Shown one piece after another: positions 11,701 to 25,021 of a stretch of DNA of 64,000 bases (position 1 is the stretch's first letter; every line of letters begins with the position of its first letter). The position numbers were made by a program, and so were the translations under genes. This DNA is from Cladosporium halotolerans (lineage: Eukaryota): contig NW_027191452.1 in NCBI RefSeq assembly GCF_011745625.1, positions 248,001 through 312,000 of the forward strand. The letters are read 5' to 3'. The notes below the pieces were generated by a model. That model made no database searches. It had not been told where the DNA came from and saw only the letters and a program-made list of their open reading frames with translations.

Positions 11701-14700
11701 CAAAGCAAGTGGGAGCGCCCTGCGACGCTCCAAGTTTCGCTTACATCTTGCGGAATAATACGGCGGACTTGGTCGTCGACAAGGCTTCTTCCGGGCAAGC
11801 CCTGATGCACATTGGCTGTACCGGACGCCGTATGGTCTATGCTGCGACTCGACTAGGAATCAACGTAGGGCTGGCAAGTACCGTCACACAGGATTCCCCT
11901 CCGTGCAACATCGGCGGTCAGAACACCGCAGGGGAAACAACATCGCCCGTGCCCTTTTCCGACGCCTTGGGTTTGACCTAGCCGACATGCGCATAGATGG
12001 TGTCGTTGCTGTGTTGCCTCTCGCCGATGGTTGAGTCTCGTGAATTCACCAATGCGGTAATCGCCGCTCAACGCCAAGGCGTCGTCCAGAAGCGCTCCCC
12101 CAAACCTTAATCTTGCATCGCATGAGCGCCGCCCTCCTGCGTAGGCGAGCAACAGACGAGTGGCCGTTGGCAGCGGCAGTTCCAAGTCTGCGTCTTGTAT
12201 CGCGTTGCGTGACTATGATCGATCGATAATGTGCTGCCCTGAACGTTACGTGTATATCTCGATGTTGACGATTCATCAAGTCAGACCGCGCTTCTCATGA
12301 CTCGGGAGGCTACAGGTGCCCTGATCGATCGCAGCTTCCCCTCAACAATGGAGAGCGGGCATACGTATGCGTCCAACAAACATTCACGACCTCACCAAGC
12401 GCTCATACAACAAAGACATCACGCTTGCAGCTCAGCCAAGCTCAGGTGATCTCGATCCGTGAGCTGTCCCTCGAATTTCGTATGCATCGTACCGCTTGTC
12501 AAGATGGTCTCTCGCCATAGCTTCGGTAAACAACCCGGACGTCGTCTGCACAAGCGAAGCATCGGATACGTGATGCGTTTGTCGCGTGATTTCCGCATCG
12601 ACCGGATACGTCCCCTAACTGCCACTACCAAAGGATAAGCTCTTGGAGCTCTGGCAAGTATTGACGACACATCAGCGGAAAGCGATTCCCACTTTACAAA
12701 CATCGCACGAACCTGGTTCGGGGCATCGCTGATACCATCGATGTTCTATTCAGGGTGAACGTGCAATCATGTGTTTGGCCAGGATCGGAGGACTTGGAGG
12801 GGTATGGTGATGGCGATGCGCAATCTCCAGTCACGGCACCCCTGCTCTGACGTAGTGATCGACAGTGGACACGCGCTCTGGCGCTCTCGACCTGTCGGCT
12901 ACCGTGCCAGGACCATCAACAACTGATGTCGCCCGCAAACAGCGTTTACCACTACCATCACTGCACATGCAAGGAACCGAGCACGACGACGCGCTGGCTT
13001 TGAGGCGTACAGCAGCACTACTGCAGCGGGCTCAATGCGAACGTACCTTTCGGAGACAGCTCCCAGCCCTCCTGTCAGACCACCGTGAACTCTAAGCAGC
13101 CTGGCAATGTCATTTCATGGCGAAAGCCAGAAGCGCGTGGCATGAGATGCAGAATTATTCCCGCATGTATGCGCCCTCGCTCGCGACGTCGACTCGAGGT
13201 CGTCATCATCTCGCCACGTCGTACATTCCGTCGCACACTCGCAGGGTCTGATGTTCGACGCTGCTTGACGATGCCACACAGCGTGCTGTAGATCGATTAA
13301 ACGACCAGCGGTCGCACAGAGTCAGATCTTCCCACCGAGCTTTGCGCGATCGATGGCCGTCTGAGGATCGCACGACGGCTTTCGCATCTCACTTGCAGAA
13401 GTAGGTTCAGCATACTCAATACAGTATACACGCCAGCGACAGCGCGAACGATCTCTGGTCAATCGTCAACGTTGATCACCTCAACTCTGAGCTCCCCGGT
13501 CAGCTAGAGGCGCAGTTGCTTTTGCTTCCGCCGAGTCATGGTCCGCAGCCGACAGGAGCTCCCACGCCCGGCGCCCGCATCCCACGCCCGCTCTTCCATC
13601 CCCCCAAAAGCCAAATTCGCGCCCTCAGCCCATCAGGCGCGCAGAAAGCTGCGTCGGCAAACGAAGCCCTAGGTCAACGCTTGAGAGCTGACTTCACTAC
13701 TGTGCTGCGAGGGTTTCGGATCGGAGAAGCTTCGCCTCGCGGTGATGGGAGTACTCCGGGACTACTGCGCTTCTTCAGTCACCGACATCCGTGATGTTAT
13801 ACCGCGTTTTGGATCTGCACTCCTGAATACTGTCGCTAGCAATAATGTTAATGTTTCCGGTTCCCAGACCGCTCGCTTGGGAACGTTTTGAGGGCGTGGA
13901 GATGATTTGCTCGTTGGTTGGGCTTTGAGTGGTTGCGACACATTCGGCAATCGCGACGCGATGTCGTCTGGGCTTTGAAGCTGGCCAAGAGCTGTGGGTT
14001 GGTACTACGTGGACGACTCTCGGTATTGTACTTCACACGCTTGTGTCGTTGGACACTCGCCTTGGATCAGAGGCAATCCACCAATGCAAGCTACCTCTGA
14101 CTTGATCGATGCTTCAAGGCAGGCGTGTCACTGCGATATCGCCATTCCTCCTCGTTCATGTAGCCATACATCACATACCCTAACATCAACTCAGGCCCCA
14201 ACGCGACCCCGAGAACGAACAACACTCAATAATAAAAGTAAGCGTGGACCTTGTAACACGCCGCTCTTACGCTCATGCAACTACATGAATTGCAGGCAAC
14301 CGAGACTTGCTCTCCCAGACCTTCCATTGTTGACCAAACGCTCCGGTCGGCTGGGTCCAAGGTCGCACCTGCGTCTCCAAATTGCGTGCCCTCCGCACAC
14401 CATTACACCGCCATTCAGAAATGGCATGTACGTTGGCCCCTGGACATGCGCACAGCCGAAGACCTTGCTAATGTTTCGTAGTGGTCATTGGCACTGCATT
14501 GGCCGAGGCAGACACTACTCAGTGGGCGCGGAAAGCCAGCGCGCGGAAGCAGCTCTCTGGTACCCCAGCAACACCGTCTCGCACCACGGCCGCCAGCACT
14601 AAATTGGTAGGATCCAAAGACGTACAGTGGAACGGGCCAGTCTCCAGATCTAGAATCCTGTCACGCGCATTTCGAGATCCCGTCGCGCTCGTGGCGCCGC

Positions 14701-15827
14701 GTCCGCAATGTCACCGGCGCGCTCTGGATTTCTCAGGGTCCCTGGCGCCATACTGTATAGCCTGGCTCCATTCACTTACCCACGTCGAATTCTCGAAAGC
14801 TTATTTGTCAGCCCAGCCCGCTGGCGCCAGCGTGCCTCGGTGCACCGCTGGCCCCTGAGGGCACGGTATAGTGCCCGCGCCGCTCGACTTGAAGCCCATT
14901 ACTCGACACACAGCACTCGGCCGCAGCGCTACTCGAAGATCCTGCCGCGTTCTGCAACGTCTGCGTCCCGTTCTGGCCGTTGCTCGAGCCGCTCCTTACC
15001 GGCCGATTCACAGGACCTCATCTCCACATTGAAATGGTCGTCTGGATCGCCAAGTCGTAGCGACACTTCATGGTCCACCGCCGCGACTGTCAGCTTCATC
15101 TTTTGCCGCTGTTACCGCCTATCGCAATGAATCAGCCAAGTGCCGACTCATGGCTAAATTCACGTAGATCACGCAGTGGGACCGGACCTGCGTGTGCAGG
15201 ACGCGCAACATGCCTCCTGGTCTCGTGAGACCCCTCAACATAATCTGTGGTCTTCAACAATGGTGAGCAAGGAGGTGAGGTCGGCTTTTGGAGAGGAACC
15301 ATGACCCTCATCTCAAGTGCACGGCTTGGGCCATTATTCGATACCTACCTAGGAGCACCCTACTTGGACCCCTACACCGCTTGCCGACCAGCCAGCCCGT
15401 GCAGGATTGCAAGTCCTGGGCATCCTACTGTGCTGCTTGCCAGAATGTTACACCCAAGCATCACCCTGTGCGTTCGATTTCGGATTTATTCTTACTGACT
15501 ACGGACAGATGAATGCCAACAGGGGCAATCAAAGCACTACATCAACACACACCTAGCACGCCGGCAATACCTTCCAGCAATATCTCCAACCCCGTCAGAC
15601 CATCTTCCCCAGTCCACCAACTTCACGTGACCATCACAGACCGGAACAGCAAACAAACACAACACCTGCTACCAGCGCCGTGACGGCGTATGGAGGACCC
15701 CCCGGCACCTCCCATCCTCGTCCCACACTTCCGGGTCCGCAAGGCAACACCAGGGTCCAGGTCATAGCGTTCTTCGCTAGCAGTGGAATTTCCACAACCA
15801 ACGTTTGCTTACACGTCTCCAAGCCTA

Positions 15828-16015
15828 CAGTATTGTCAAGCGAGGTGAGACGCCCACAACGGAAACTAGTATTAGTACCAGTAGATCGACCCAATTTTGA
15901 CCCAGGTAGAAGAGTCCTGACAATCGGGATATTCGGAGAACCTCCACTATTCTTCTGGCGTACGCGGGAAGCCTAGTGGCCGAAGCGGAGCGTCTCACCT
16001 CGCTTGACAATACTG
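15828..16015. mobile_element. Non-autonomous Tc1/mariner-type MITE, 188 bp
   Basis: Perfect 26-bp terminal inverted repeats CAGTATTGTCAAGCGAGGTGAGACGC at 15828-15853 and 15990-16015. TA flanks both sides (15826-27 and 16016-17). CAGT ends; no transposase inside. Confidence 0.85.
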
Positions 16016-17930
16016 TACAGGCCTACAAGGCACGACACGCGAGATGATCAGACCGCCGTCGACGGGTGATCTCAAAAGCTGCCGCCAACCTTGTCGCCCA
16101 AGGCAGAGTCGGACGCAGCGCCGTGGTTTCGCTGCCCGGATCGACGTTGCATGCCGTGGTCGTTGGGTCGACGTCGTTTGTCTATCGCGGCGTCGCTCTA
16201 CAGCACCGGCACCACCCTCACTTCCAGCGCCCGCAGCCTCCCGAACCCCTCTCGCGCGCGCACACACCTCCAGCGCGGTCGCTTGGCTCCTCGCGCAGCT
16301 CGTGCCGCTCGACACACCGCGTTCAGACGTCCGGCACGACCGGCACCGCGCGTCCTAGACGTCTCGCGTAGCCGCGGAGCCGGCGCGTCGCGACGTCACC
16401 ACCACCTCAGAGAACGACAGCGAGCAGCGAGCAAGATGAGATTCCCGACCCCAAGCGGCATGGGAATTGTGGTCCTGCCACCGCAATTTCGTGCCCGTCC
16501 ACTTTGCCATGCTCCATCTGACTGTTGCCCCGTTCGCCGTCGCTGTCGCCGTCATCATGACTGCCACTTCTTCGCCCGCGCTCCGTGCTCGCCTTGCATG
16601 GTTGAGAGACGGTGCCCCGTCTCTCGCGCTGCGTGGATCTCGACTTTGCGATCGGCCGCGGGCATCGTCGCCGTGAATGAGCATCCGCGACGAGGGTATG
16701 GCTTGGCATCGCATCGCATGGCTTGCGGGCAGGTTGGACGGCTGGCTGGATGATCATGGATGGTTGGCTGGCGCGGCTCAGACATGCTTTGGTCCAGCGA
16801 TCCTTCGGCCAGCCGGGGAACATCACACACAACGTTTGCGCATCAATATATCATCTACCGCCCAGCTGGACAGGTAAGTTGCCCTTTCCGGAAGGCATCA
16901 TCGCGCGCGTGTCCAACACCCACGGGTCGTGTGATCGCGCTGGGGTTCTAGGTAAGGTAGGTCAGGTCTTACTGAGCAGCTGTGCACGCATGTGTACGAT
17001 CGCGGCGCCATGGTGCTCGCGCGCGGCACATGCACAGCTATGGTGGGTTCGTAGCTTCGACGTGACATGCGTTCGACGTGGAGGCGTTCGCTTGGTTTGC
17101 GCCGTGGGATGGGCTTTATGGCGAACCTTGTTATTGCCATCACGCGCACGGGCGGTTCGTTTGGTTTCGCGATGGCTCGCTTGCGATCCCGATATAGCTG
17201 TGGTGGGAGAGGTGAGGGGAGGTCGGGTCGGCCGCCCGCCCGCCGTGCGTGTCATGGTGAAGTGATATTACTGTCAGTGTGGAAGCGGCACGGCTGAGTT
17301 CAATATCTCGCTTGACACCCTTGCTCGCGTTGCAGCGTTTACGCACGAGGAGGTCATGTTGGGCGGATGTGATGGCTGCACAGGAGCTGCACGGGATGTC
17401 CGGATGCGATAAGCACGCGGTCTGACGGTTCTGTGTTTGTTTACAGCACATGGCGACGTCAAAGTGCGATAGCTCGGGGGCGGGGTTGGATGGTCGGAGG
17501 GAGGTGCGGTCGGGGAAAGCTTGCTGGCGGCCACGGAAGAGAGTCCGTGAAGGCGCGCACGCCTTTGCGCGGCGACTGCCATTGCAGGGGTAGCTATACA
17601 GGCTTGCGGGGATCGCGGGCGCCGTGGATGCGGGAACGTGCTGTCACTTCTGGTTGAGGAGCGATGCGTCACGGTGAGATTTGTTTAGGGAATGGGTGTG
17701 GAGGCCATGCGCGCCGGCGGACATGGGGAGGGGAGGGAGGGGGAGGGTTCAGGTTCCGGTACCCGACGAGATACGTGAGGTACGTTACGTTGCGGTCATT
17801 GAGCGGGAATACCGTATTGATCGTTTCATTTCCGTGTACTCTGTTTCCAACTGGCTTCCATCGTACGTGGTCGCATTGCCGGCGAGTCACACAGAATGTC
17901 CAACAGACAATTGGAGAGCGGATCAATGAC

Positions 17931-20233
17931 TTATCCTTCAGCGTCGATCTCGTAGCTGTTGCTCTTGTGCTTCGGCTGGAACTGGAAGTCCTTGTGCGCG
18001 GGACCGAGGAACATTTCGCTGTTGGGGTTAACGTCAGCATTGGTTTCTGCGTCCATCTGAACAATGACTGAACATACCTGATCTTGATCCAGTCCTTGTA
18101 GTTGCCGCTGCTGAGCAGCGTCTCCAGATCACTCCTGCCTCTGTACGCAGGCGGGCGGTCTCCGAACTTAGGCGGCAGGTGCTCCAAGATGCCCACTGGA
18201 ATGTATCTGCAAGAGAAGCTGAGCCACTCGAGCAAGAAGCGGCGCGTGGTACCGACGCCGATCTCGTCAGAACCCCAGTACTCAAGACCGTTGCGAACGA
18301 ACTGCTCGATGTAGCCGAGGCGCTCGGTGGCGGACTTATCAAGATACTGCTGGGCCTGGATTTCCTCGAAGATCCAGGGCTTGATGAGCGCGCCGCGAGC
18401 GACCATGGCGCTGTCGACGCCAGAGTGCTCCACCGCGTTGTTGTAGTCGACGTGCGAAAGAATGTCACCGTTGCCGCAGAAGTAGGGCAGGCCATTAGGC
18501 TTGGAGGAAGAGGAGAGGTCACGAGCATCCGGTTCGCGAACGGTGTCGGTGACTTCGGCGCGGGCCTTCTCGAGGTTGCTAACGAGGGTAGCGCACTCTG
18601 CGATGTACTCCCAGTCGGCGCTGCGGGTATAGCGTTGCTGTCTGCTGCGACCGTGCAGGGTGATGCAGGCAACTCCAGAAGGTCCTTCGCCGGAGTCCTG
18701 CGCTTCGTGGCCGCCCATGATGAGGCGCTGGCACAGTTTCTCGGCTGTTGGTACCTTGTCTTTGGTGCCCATGCGGATCTTCACAGTGATAGGAACCTCG
18801 TTACTGACGACGTTCATGCCACGCAGGATCTTCTCAAGCTTGGCCGGGGAATCCATGAGGGCGGAGCCAGCACCTTGACGGAAGACGAGATCAATCGGGC
18901 AGCCACAGTTGAGGTCGATAGCGCGCATTGAAGGGCAGAGGGATGTAATCGCCTCCGTGGTTTTGAGTGTGAGCCATGGCTTGTTACCAGCAATTTGTGC
19001 GCCGAACTTCAGGTCCTTGCTGTTGTCGTAGTTGTTGATAATCGACTTGGGCGTGTACTTGGGCGGCAGAGTCTCAGTCTCGTGCGCTTTCAGCAGAGCC
19101 CACTCCTGCTTCTCACCCTGAAGCAGCGGCATAGACATGGCCATTTCGGACCATGTCACCTGCGCACCGAGGCCAACACAGAGGCGACGGAATGGCAGGT
19201 TGCCCTGTGTCGTGAGAGGCGCGAGGACAGGAGTCTCTGCTCCGTAGTAAATACGGCGCTTCTCAGAGGGTCGAAGAGGCGGATCCTTGAAGCCTGCTCG
19301 CGCATCCTGCTTCTCACCATTGGCCTCTGCGTCTGCGTCCTTGAGTGGCTTGTCCGACCTCTTCCCTGACTCCACCTCGTTGAACCACTTAAGGTACTCG
19401 TCTGCCTTGGGAGTGGCGTATTTCTTCTTGCGTAGCTGGATCTTGTCCTGGTTGGATACCACATTCACAACGCCAACGCTCTGCTCTTCCTGCTCTTTGC
19501 CATCCACATTATCTGCCAGAAGAACAAGCTCTTTGCGGCCGTCCTCATGCTCGATCTCCTTGGAATGCCCGACGACGAACCTGCAGCGCCACCCCGCCGA
19601 GCACTTTCCGGTTTGCTCCCACAGAGGGCACTTACCTTCGAACGTCTGCAAGTCCTCGCGCTTGCCTTCCTTCAAGTATTTCCTAATGTCATGTTCAAAC
19701 CTGCACTGCTTGCCAAACTCGCATTTGCTTTCCGCAAACTCGTTGTCGTGATCTCTGGCCTTGCACAATTGGATCGCATCGCGGGAAGAGCCATAGGTGC
19801 GTGATTTGTTCTGACCACCCTGCGTCTTCTTGCCGCCACGTCCACCAGCAGGCTGCTGCTCAGACGACTTGGCGCCCTCAGCAGCATCGTCGTCGTGGGC
19901 GGGCGCATCGGGCTGGGCAGTGCGGGAGAGGTCGACGAGGAATTCCGCCTTGATCGGCGCAACGCCCTTCCTGCGCTCGGTGGTAGGTTCGGCCGCCGTC
20001 AAGGCATTGTCGTGCTCGCGCTTCTGGCGCTTAGCCGGAGACTGCTCGAACTCACTCGCATCGTGGGCGGCGACGTTGTTCAGCGCTTTGCTGCGCTCGA
20101 CTTTTTCCGCCTGAGTAGTTGCAGAGTCGCCGGGGAGGATGTCCTGCTGAGGGTTGGCGGCAGGCTTCGCTTCTGCAGGAGCCTGCTTCAATGGCTCCGA
20201 GGGCTCGACCGGGTTGCCGTTCGGAGGATCCAT
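17931..20233 (-). CDS. DUS3: tRNA-dihydrouridine(47) synthase; intron 18019-18077
   Basis: CCCH zinc fingers, then a Dus domain ([47 protein letters not shown]). Splicing GTATGT...GCTGAC...CAG restores the conserved end [23 protein letters not shown]. Confidence 0.93.
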
Positions 20234-20705
20234 GGCTGATTGGGTAAGGCGTGCGCACCTCAATGGTGAGGTATCTGACTTCGACATCGGACGGGCCCTG
20301 ATAGAAATTTCCCTAGCCACAGCTGCAGTGAAGCTGCGCCTCGGTTCGCGGGTGAGTGACGACGCCGCCCGCCGCGTTTTGCGGGCTTCAAGCCACACGA
20401 TGACGTACCAGCTCCGCGCCCGCTGCCAGAAGTGGGCACACGCCTGACACCACCTGGCCTGGCCCTGTCTTGAAAATCGCCCAGCCTCACCTCCTGCTCC
20501 TCTCTTTGTCCATACTACCGCCCAAAGGCAGCTGCTACGTGCCAGAACAATCGCACGCCACCACCTCCACCATCACCTACAGCTTCTCCGACCTCCAGGC
20601 ATCCCTAAAAACGGCCTCGCCCCGTCTCCCGCCAAAGGCAGCTACCTCATCATCAGGTCTAGCCACTGACCCAATCGGTGGATCGGCGCCAACCCAGTAG
20701 TCAAG

Positions 20706-21626
20706 ATGACGCTCTACTACTCTCTTGTAAGTCTGGCTCCTCCTCAACACCTCTTCCTCCTTCCTTCACCCGACAACACACCTCCTTGCACCCAAAGCAT
20801 CCCCAGTGAGGGTACCAGCATTCACAATGAGTTTGATCTACGCACCGGTCCGCACACAGCATGCCGTTTGAGCTTGCAAGTCACAATGCTAACATGCAAT
20901 CTACTAGGTGTTCGCACTTCTCGTCTTCGAGATGCTGCTCTTCCTTTCCCTCATCGTCCCCATGCCCTTCAAGGTGAAGCGCGGTCTGTTCGAGTTCATC
21001 TCCCACAACCCTCTGGTTGCTAAGCTTCAGTATGGCATGAAGGTGTGTCCATCGAAATCATGGCGCATTTTACGAGAGATGCTAACAAAGTCTAGATCAC
21101 CTTCATCTTCATTCTCATCTTGTTCGTCGACAGCGTCAACCGCGTCTACAGGGTCCAGGTCGAGCTCGCCATGGCCAAGCAGCAGGGCGGCGCAGCCAAG
21201 TAAGCTTCTACTCTCTCCCCAAAGCCTCATTACCAGCGCTAACAGCCATAAAGTGCCGTCGCTGGCAGCGAGCGCATGGAAGTCCAGGCCCGCAAGTTCT
21301 ACTCGCAGCGCAACATGTACCTCTGTGGCTTCACCCTCTTCCTCTCCCTCATCCTCAACCGCACCTACACCATGATCCTCGACGTCCTGCGCCTCGAGGA
21401 GGAGAACAAGCGCCTCACTGGCGGCGACGCCAAGAGCGAGAAGGGCAAGTCCGGTCTCGGCCAGGCTGGTGAGCTCGGCGAGGTCGCCCAGCTGAAGAAA
21501 AAACTCGCCGAGCGTGAGCGTGACATCGAGACTCTCAAGAAGCAGAGCCAGGGCCTCAGCGATGAGTACAACCGCCTCGGCGACCAGGTCAGCACCAGCG
21601 ACAACGTCCCGAAGAAGGACAGGTGA
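20706..21626 (+). CDS. YET3: BAP31/Yet3-like ER membrane protein; introns 20727-20907, 21043-21095, 21200-21253
   Basis: Spliced product MTLYYSLVFALLVFEM...ARKFYSQRNMYLCGFTLFLSLIL, then a coiled coil and a C-terminal KKDR (KKxx ER retrieval signal). Confidence 0.88.
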
Positions 21627-22993
21627 AGTACTCACTGGGGCTGAGGAGCTATGAGGGTTTCATGTTCTTGAGCCTCGCGGCTTTGACTCCTACAGTACAG
21701 TGAAGTAAAAAAGTGTTGATGTCGAAAGAAAGCCGGAACAAGTTACGTCGCCGGCCTAATGCAGGGAGCGTGGATTGAATGGATGGAAAACGGCATGGTC
21801 TCATGCGGCCACCGTTTGATTTGTGGAGGTGTATTACGAGATTACGACTCTAGGTCTTGAATTAATCCGTTATTACACATTTTCACGACTCGGTCGATTT
21901 TGCTTTCGGTGGTAAGCGCCATGTAGCAGCATCTTTGCGATTGCAGTAATACGCCGGTTGCCGGTTCGCACGGAAGTCAACTGCCCCATCTTCGTCCCAC
22001 TTACAAGCGACTCGAATTTGTGTGTGCTTAGGGATGTTCTTGTCCTCGGTGCTATCCTGTGAATGGTGCCTCACTTCCCATCATCGGGCCCTGAATCGGT
22101 AACTATCAATCGGGGCGCACTGACATGGTGGTCATGCCTGCAGCAGCAGTGTGTTGGCTGGAAAAATGGCTTGCGGCTATCAAGCCTCAGCACGTTGATT
22201 CGGAAGGACCACGGGGCACTCGGATAATGACTCCACTGACAGTAAAGATGGAAATAACGATACAGAGGTCTTGGAGGAAACGGAGACGACGGCAGACTAT
22301 TCGTAAACCACGCTGCAGGGGTGGTCTCTGTGTAAGTAGGGTTAGGGTTGGGGCTTACTGAAGCTTGCTGTGATGTCACGCCTACTCTCGCTCGACCGAA
22401 CGGCTCGGAAGAGGACAGGTCCGCTCACAATAGTTTACCAAAACTTGTTCGAAGCTCAATCCTTCAAAGGATCTCAGCGGGGTACATTGATTCGTCCTAC
22501 TGGACGACATCACTCTTCTGTGCCCAGCCATGCGAGACGATGTGGGGCGCCGCGCTCAGCCTCACATCGCCAACACCCTCGCTTCATAGACTAACTCCCA
22601 CGACAGGGAAAGATTGTCTGGCTTAGTCGATCACATGGCAACCATTATGAGCATCTATTGTCTTAATGCGTCTTTGTCTGCCGGGAACGCCTTGGCCCTG
22701 GAATCGTACCTGGTGTGTTGAAGGACGCAATCCTGGCGCGCTGAATGCATGTAAGACAATAGTCCGAGAGTGGAGGGAGCGAAGGAGCACATTGTCGTAA
22801 TTATCCCTGCTATGCTTCTGCGATATGTGGCCGGTGTTGTGCGGCAGAGTCGATGTCATGGCGAGGACATTTACGAGACGGTGTAAAAAAACGGATGGTA
22901 CACCAGCATAAGTGCTTGCCTTTCTCACACACGCATACCCTCTTATTATTTCCTCGACCACTCTGGTAACGCTCTTCTTTTCTCTCATCCAAC

Positions 22994-25021
22994 ATGAGAA
23001 GCTCCAAAGTATTCCATGCCCTAGGCATGGTCTCCTTCACCATAGCCTCCTCGCCTCCAACACTAGAGAATGTCACAACCAAACAAATCGAGCACTTCCC
23101 TGGCGCATCTATCTCATACAAGGAGACCCACTTATGCGAGACGAAAGCGAAAGCGTACGCTGGATATGTCGACATGCCTGCGGAGTACATTCCGGATGTC
23201 CAAGGAGACGAACCGTTCAACATTTCGACCTTCTTCTGGTACTTCCAAGCCCGCAATGCACCAGACAAAGCCCCAACTGTCATCTATCTCGCTGGCGGAC
23301 CAGGTGAGAGCTCTGTGTATGGTGCCACCAGTGAGGGTGGACCGTGCTATGTGCTTGATGACTCGAATAGTACTGAGAGCAACCCTTGGTCTTGGAACGA
23401 GAATGCCAACATGCTTTACGTCGATCAGCCGGTATATATCATCAATGTATAGTCTCCATCTAGAGTTATATGCTGAAATAATTGGACAAAGGTGACAGCA
23501 GGGTTTTCCTACGCGAAAGCAGTCAAATCGACCTTGAATCTGCTCTGGAATGGCTCTGATGGGACACAGACACCTGTCACACCTCTCCAAGCATACGATG
23601 GCTCGGAACCAGCAGAAAATGCCACTTTCCTCTACGGTACGTTCCCGGATCAGAATCCGGCATACACGGCGAATAGCTCAGTGATCGCTGCTCGAGCTCT
23701 CTGGCATTTCGCTCAGCTCTGGTTCACGGAGTTCCCGGAACATCATACCTATGACAATCGCCTGAGCCTTGCAGGTAACTCTTACGGCGGCTTTTGGGTC
23801 TCGACGTCCATGGGTAAGTCAAGAAGTGTGGCTTCTTCGATTACCGAGCTAAGACATTGCCTCTGGCTTGTCCAGCGTACTTTCAGCGTCAAAACGAAAA
23901 GATCGAATGTGGGTCACTTGAAGGCACCCGCTTACATCTGGACACTGCCGTCATCACAAATGGTCAAATTGACTCACTCTACCAAGTAGAGTGGTACCCG
24001 AAGATGGCATTCAACAATACGTACGAGTTGGAAACCATCTCAAAAGACGTGTACGAGGAGGCTCTCAACAACTACACCAAACCTTCTGGCTGCCGCGATC
24101 TGATTTCACAATGTCGTGCATTAGGCGAGCTAGAAGACCCAGAGGAGGTCAGCTTGAACGAGGATGTGAACGAACTCTGCACCACAGCCACAGCCTACTG
24201 CTACCAATACGTGCTAGGAGCCTACACAGCCAGCGGCCGCAGCGCCTTCGACATGGCCAACATGGACCCCAATCCCTACCCACCAGTCTACACGACCGGC
24301 TGGGCGAACCGAGCCTGGGTCCAGCAAGCCCTCGGCGCCCGCATCAACTTCACCGCGAACTCCTACGTCTCGCAATCCGTTTTAGAGGGTGACATCTCCC
24401 GCCGCGCCGGCCTCAAAGACATCGAATATCTACTCTCGCGCGGCATCAAAGTCGCGCTGATCTACGGCGACCGCGACTACCGCTGCCCCTGGATCAGCGC
24501 CGAACAGCTATCCCTCGCAGCGAATTGGTCTGGCGCTCCCGCCTATCGGAACGCCGGCTACGAAGAAATCCGGGTCAACAGCAGCTACGTCGGCGGCGTG
24601 GCGAAGCAGCATGATTTGCTATCTTTCTCGCGCGTCTTCCAAGCCGGCCACGCCGTATCGTGGTACCAGCCCGAGACGTCCTTCCAGATATTCAACCGCG
24701 CCATCTTTGGTCGTGATATTCCGACCGGTAGGCAGAATCTCTGCCGCAGGCATGGCACTAAGTACAGTACGAAAGGGCCGTTAGATTCGTACGTCTGGAA
24801 GGACGATTTGCCTGCGTCGCCGGAGCCAGTGTGTTACATGTATGATATCTCGTCCAGATGTGCAGCGAACCAGGTGAGTGCATTGACTTGAATTGATATC
24901 GAGTGAACGGACGCAATTGGTCAAGCTGACTGACACTCAATAGATTACTGCTATCGAGGACGGGTCGGCGGAGGTTGAGAACTTCATCGTCGTCAAGCCC
25001 AAGGCCAGTTTGGAAAGGTGA
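22994..25021 (+). CDS. Secreted serine carboxypeptidase, family S10; introns about 23432-23491, 23814-23875, 24874-24943
   Basis: Motifs YLAGGPGESS, NPWSWNENANMLYVDQP, GNSYGG (nucleophile), GDRDYRC (Asp) and AGHAVSWYQP (His). Hydrophobic N-terminus. Confidence 0.88.

Noticed and set aside
17669..18077. C-terminal extension of DUS3 in the 909-aa track ORF (and its N-terminal extension to 20398)
   Set aside because: It results from reading through the 18019-18077 intron. Splicing restores the conserved C-terminus ending at 17931.
22340..22360. GGGGCTTAC as an RNase MRP/P CR-V motif
   Set aside because: No matching upstream GAAAGTCCCC-type CR-I partner was found to form helix P4.
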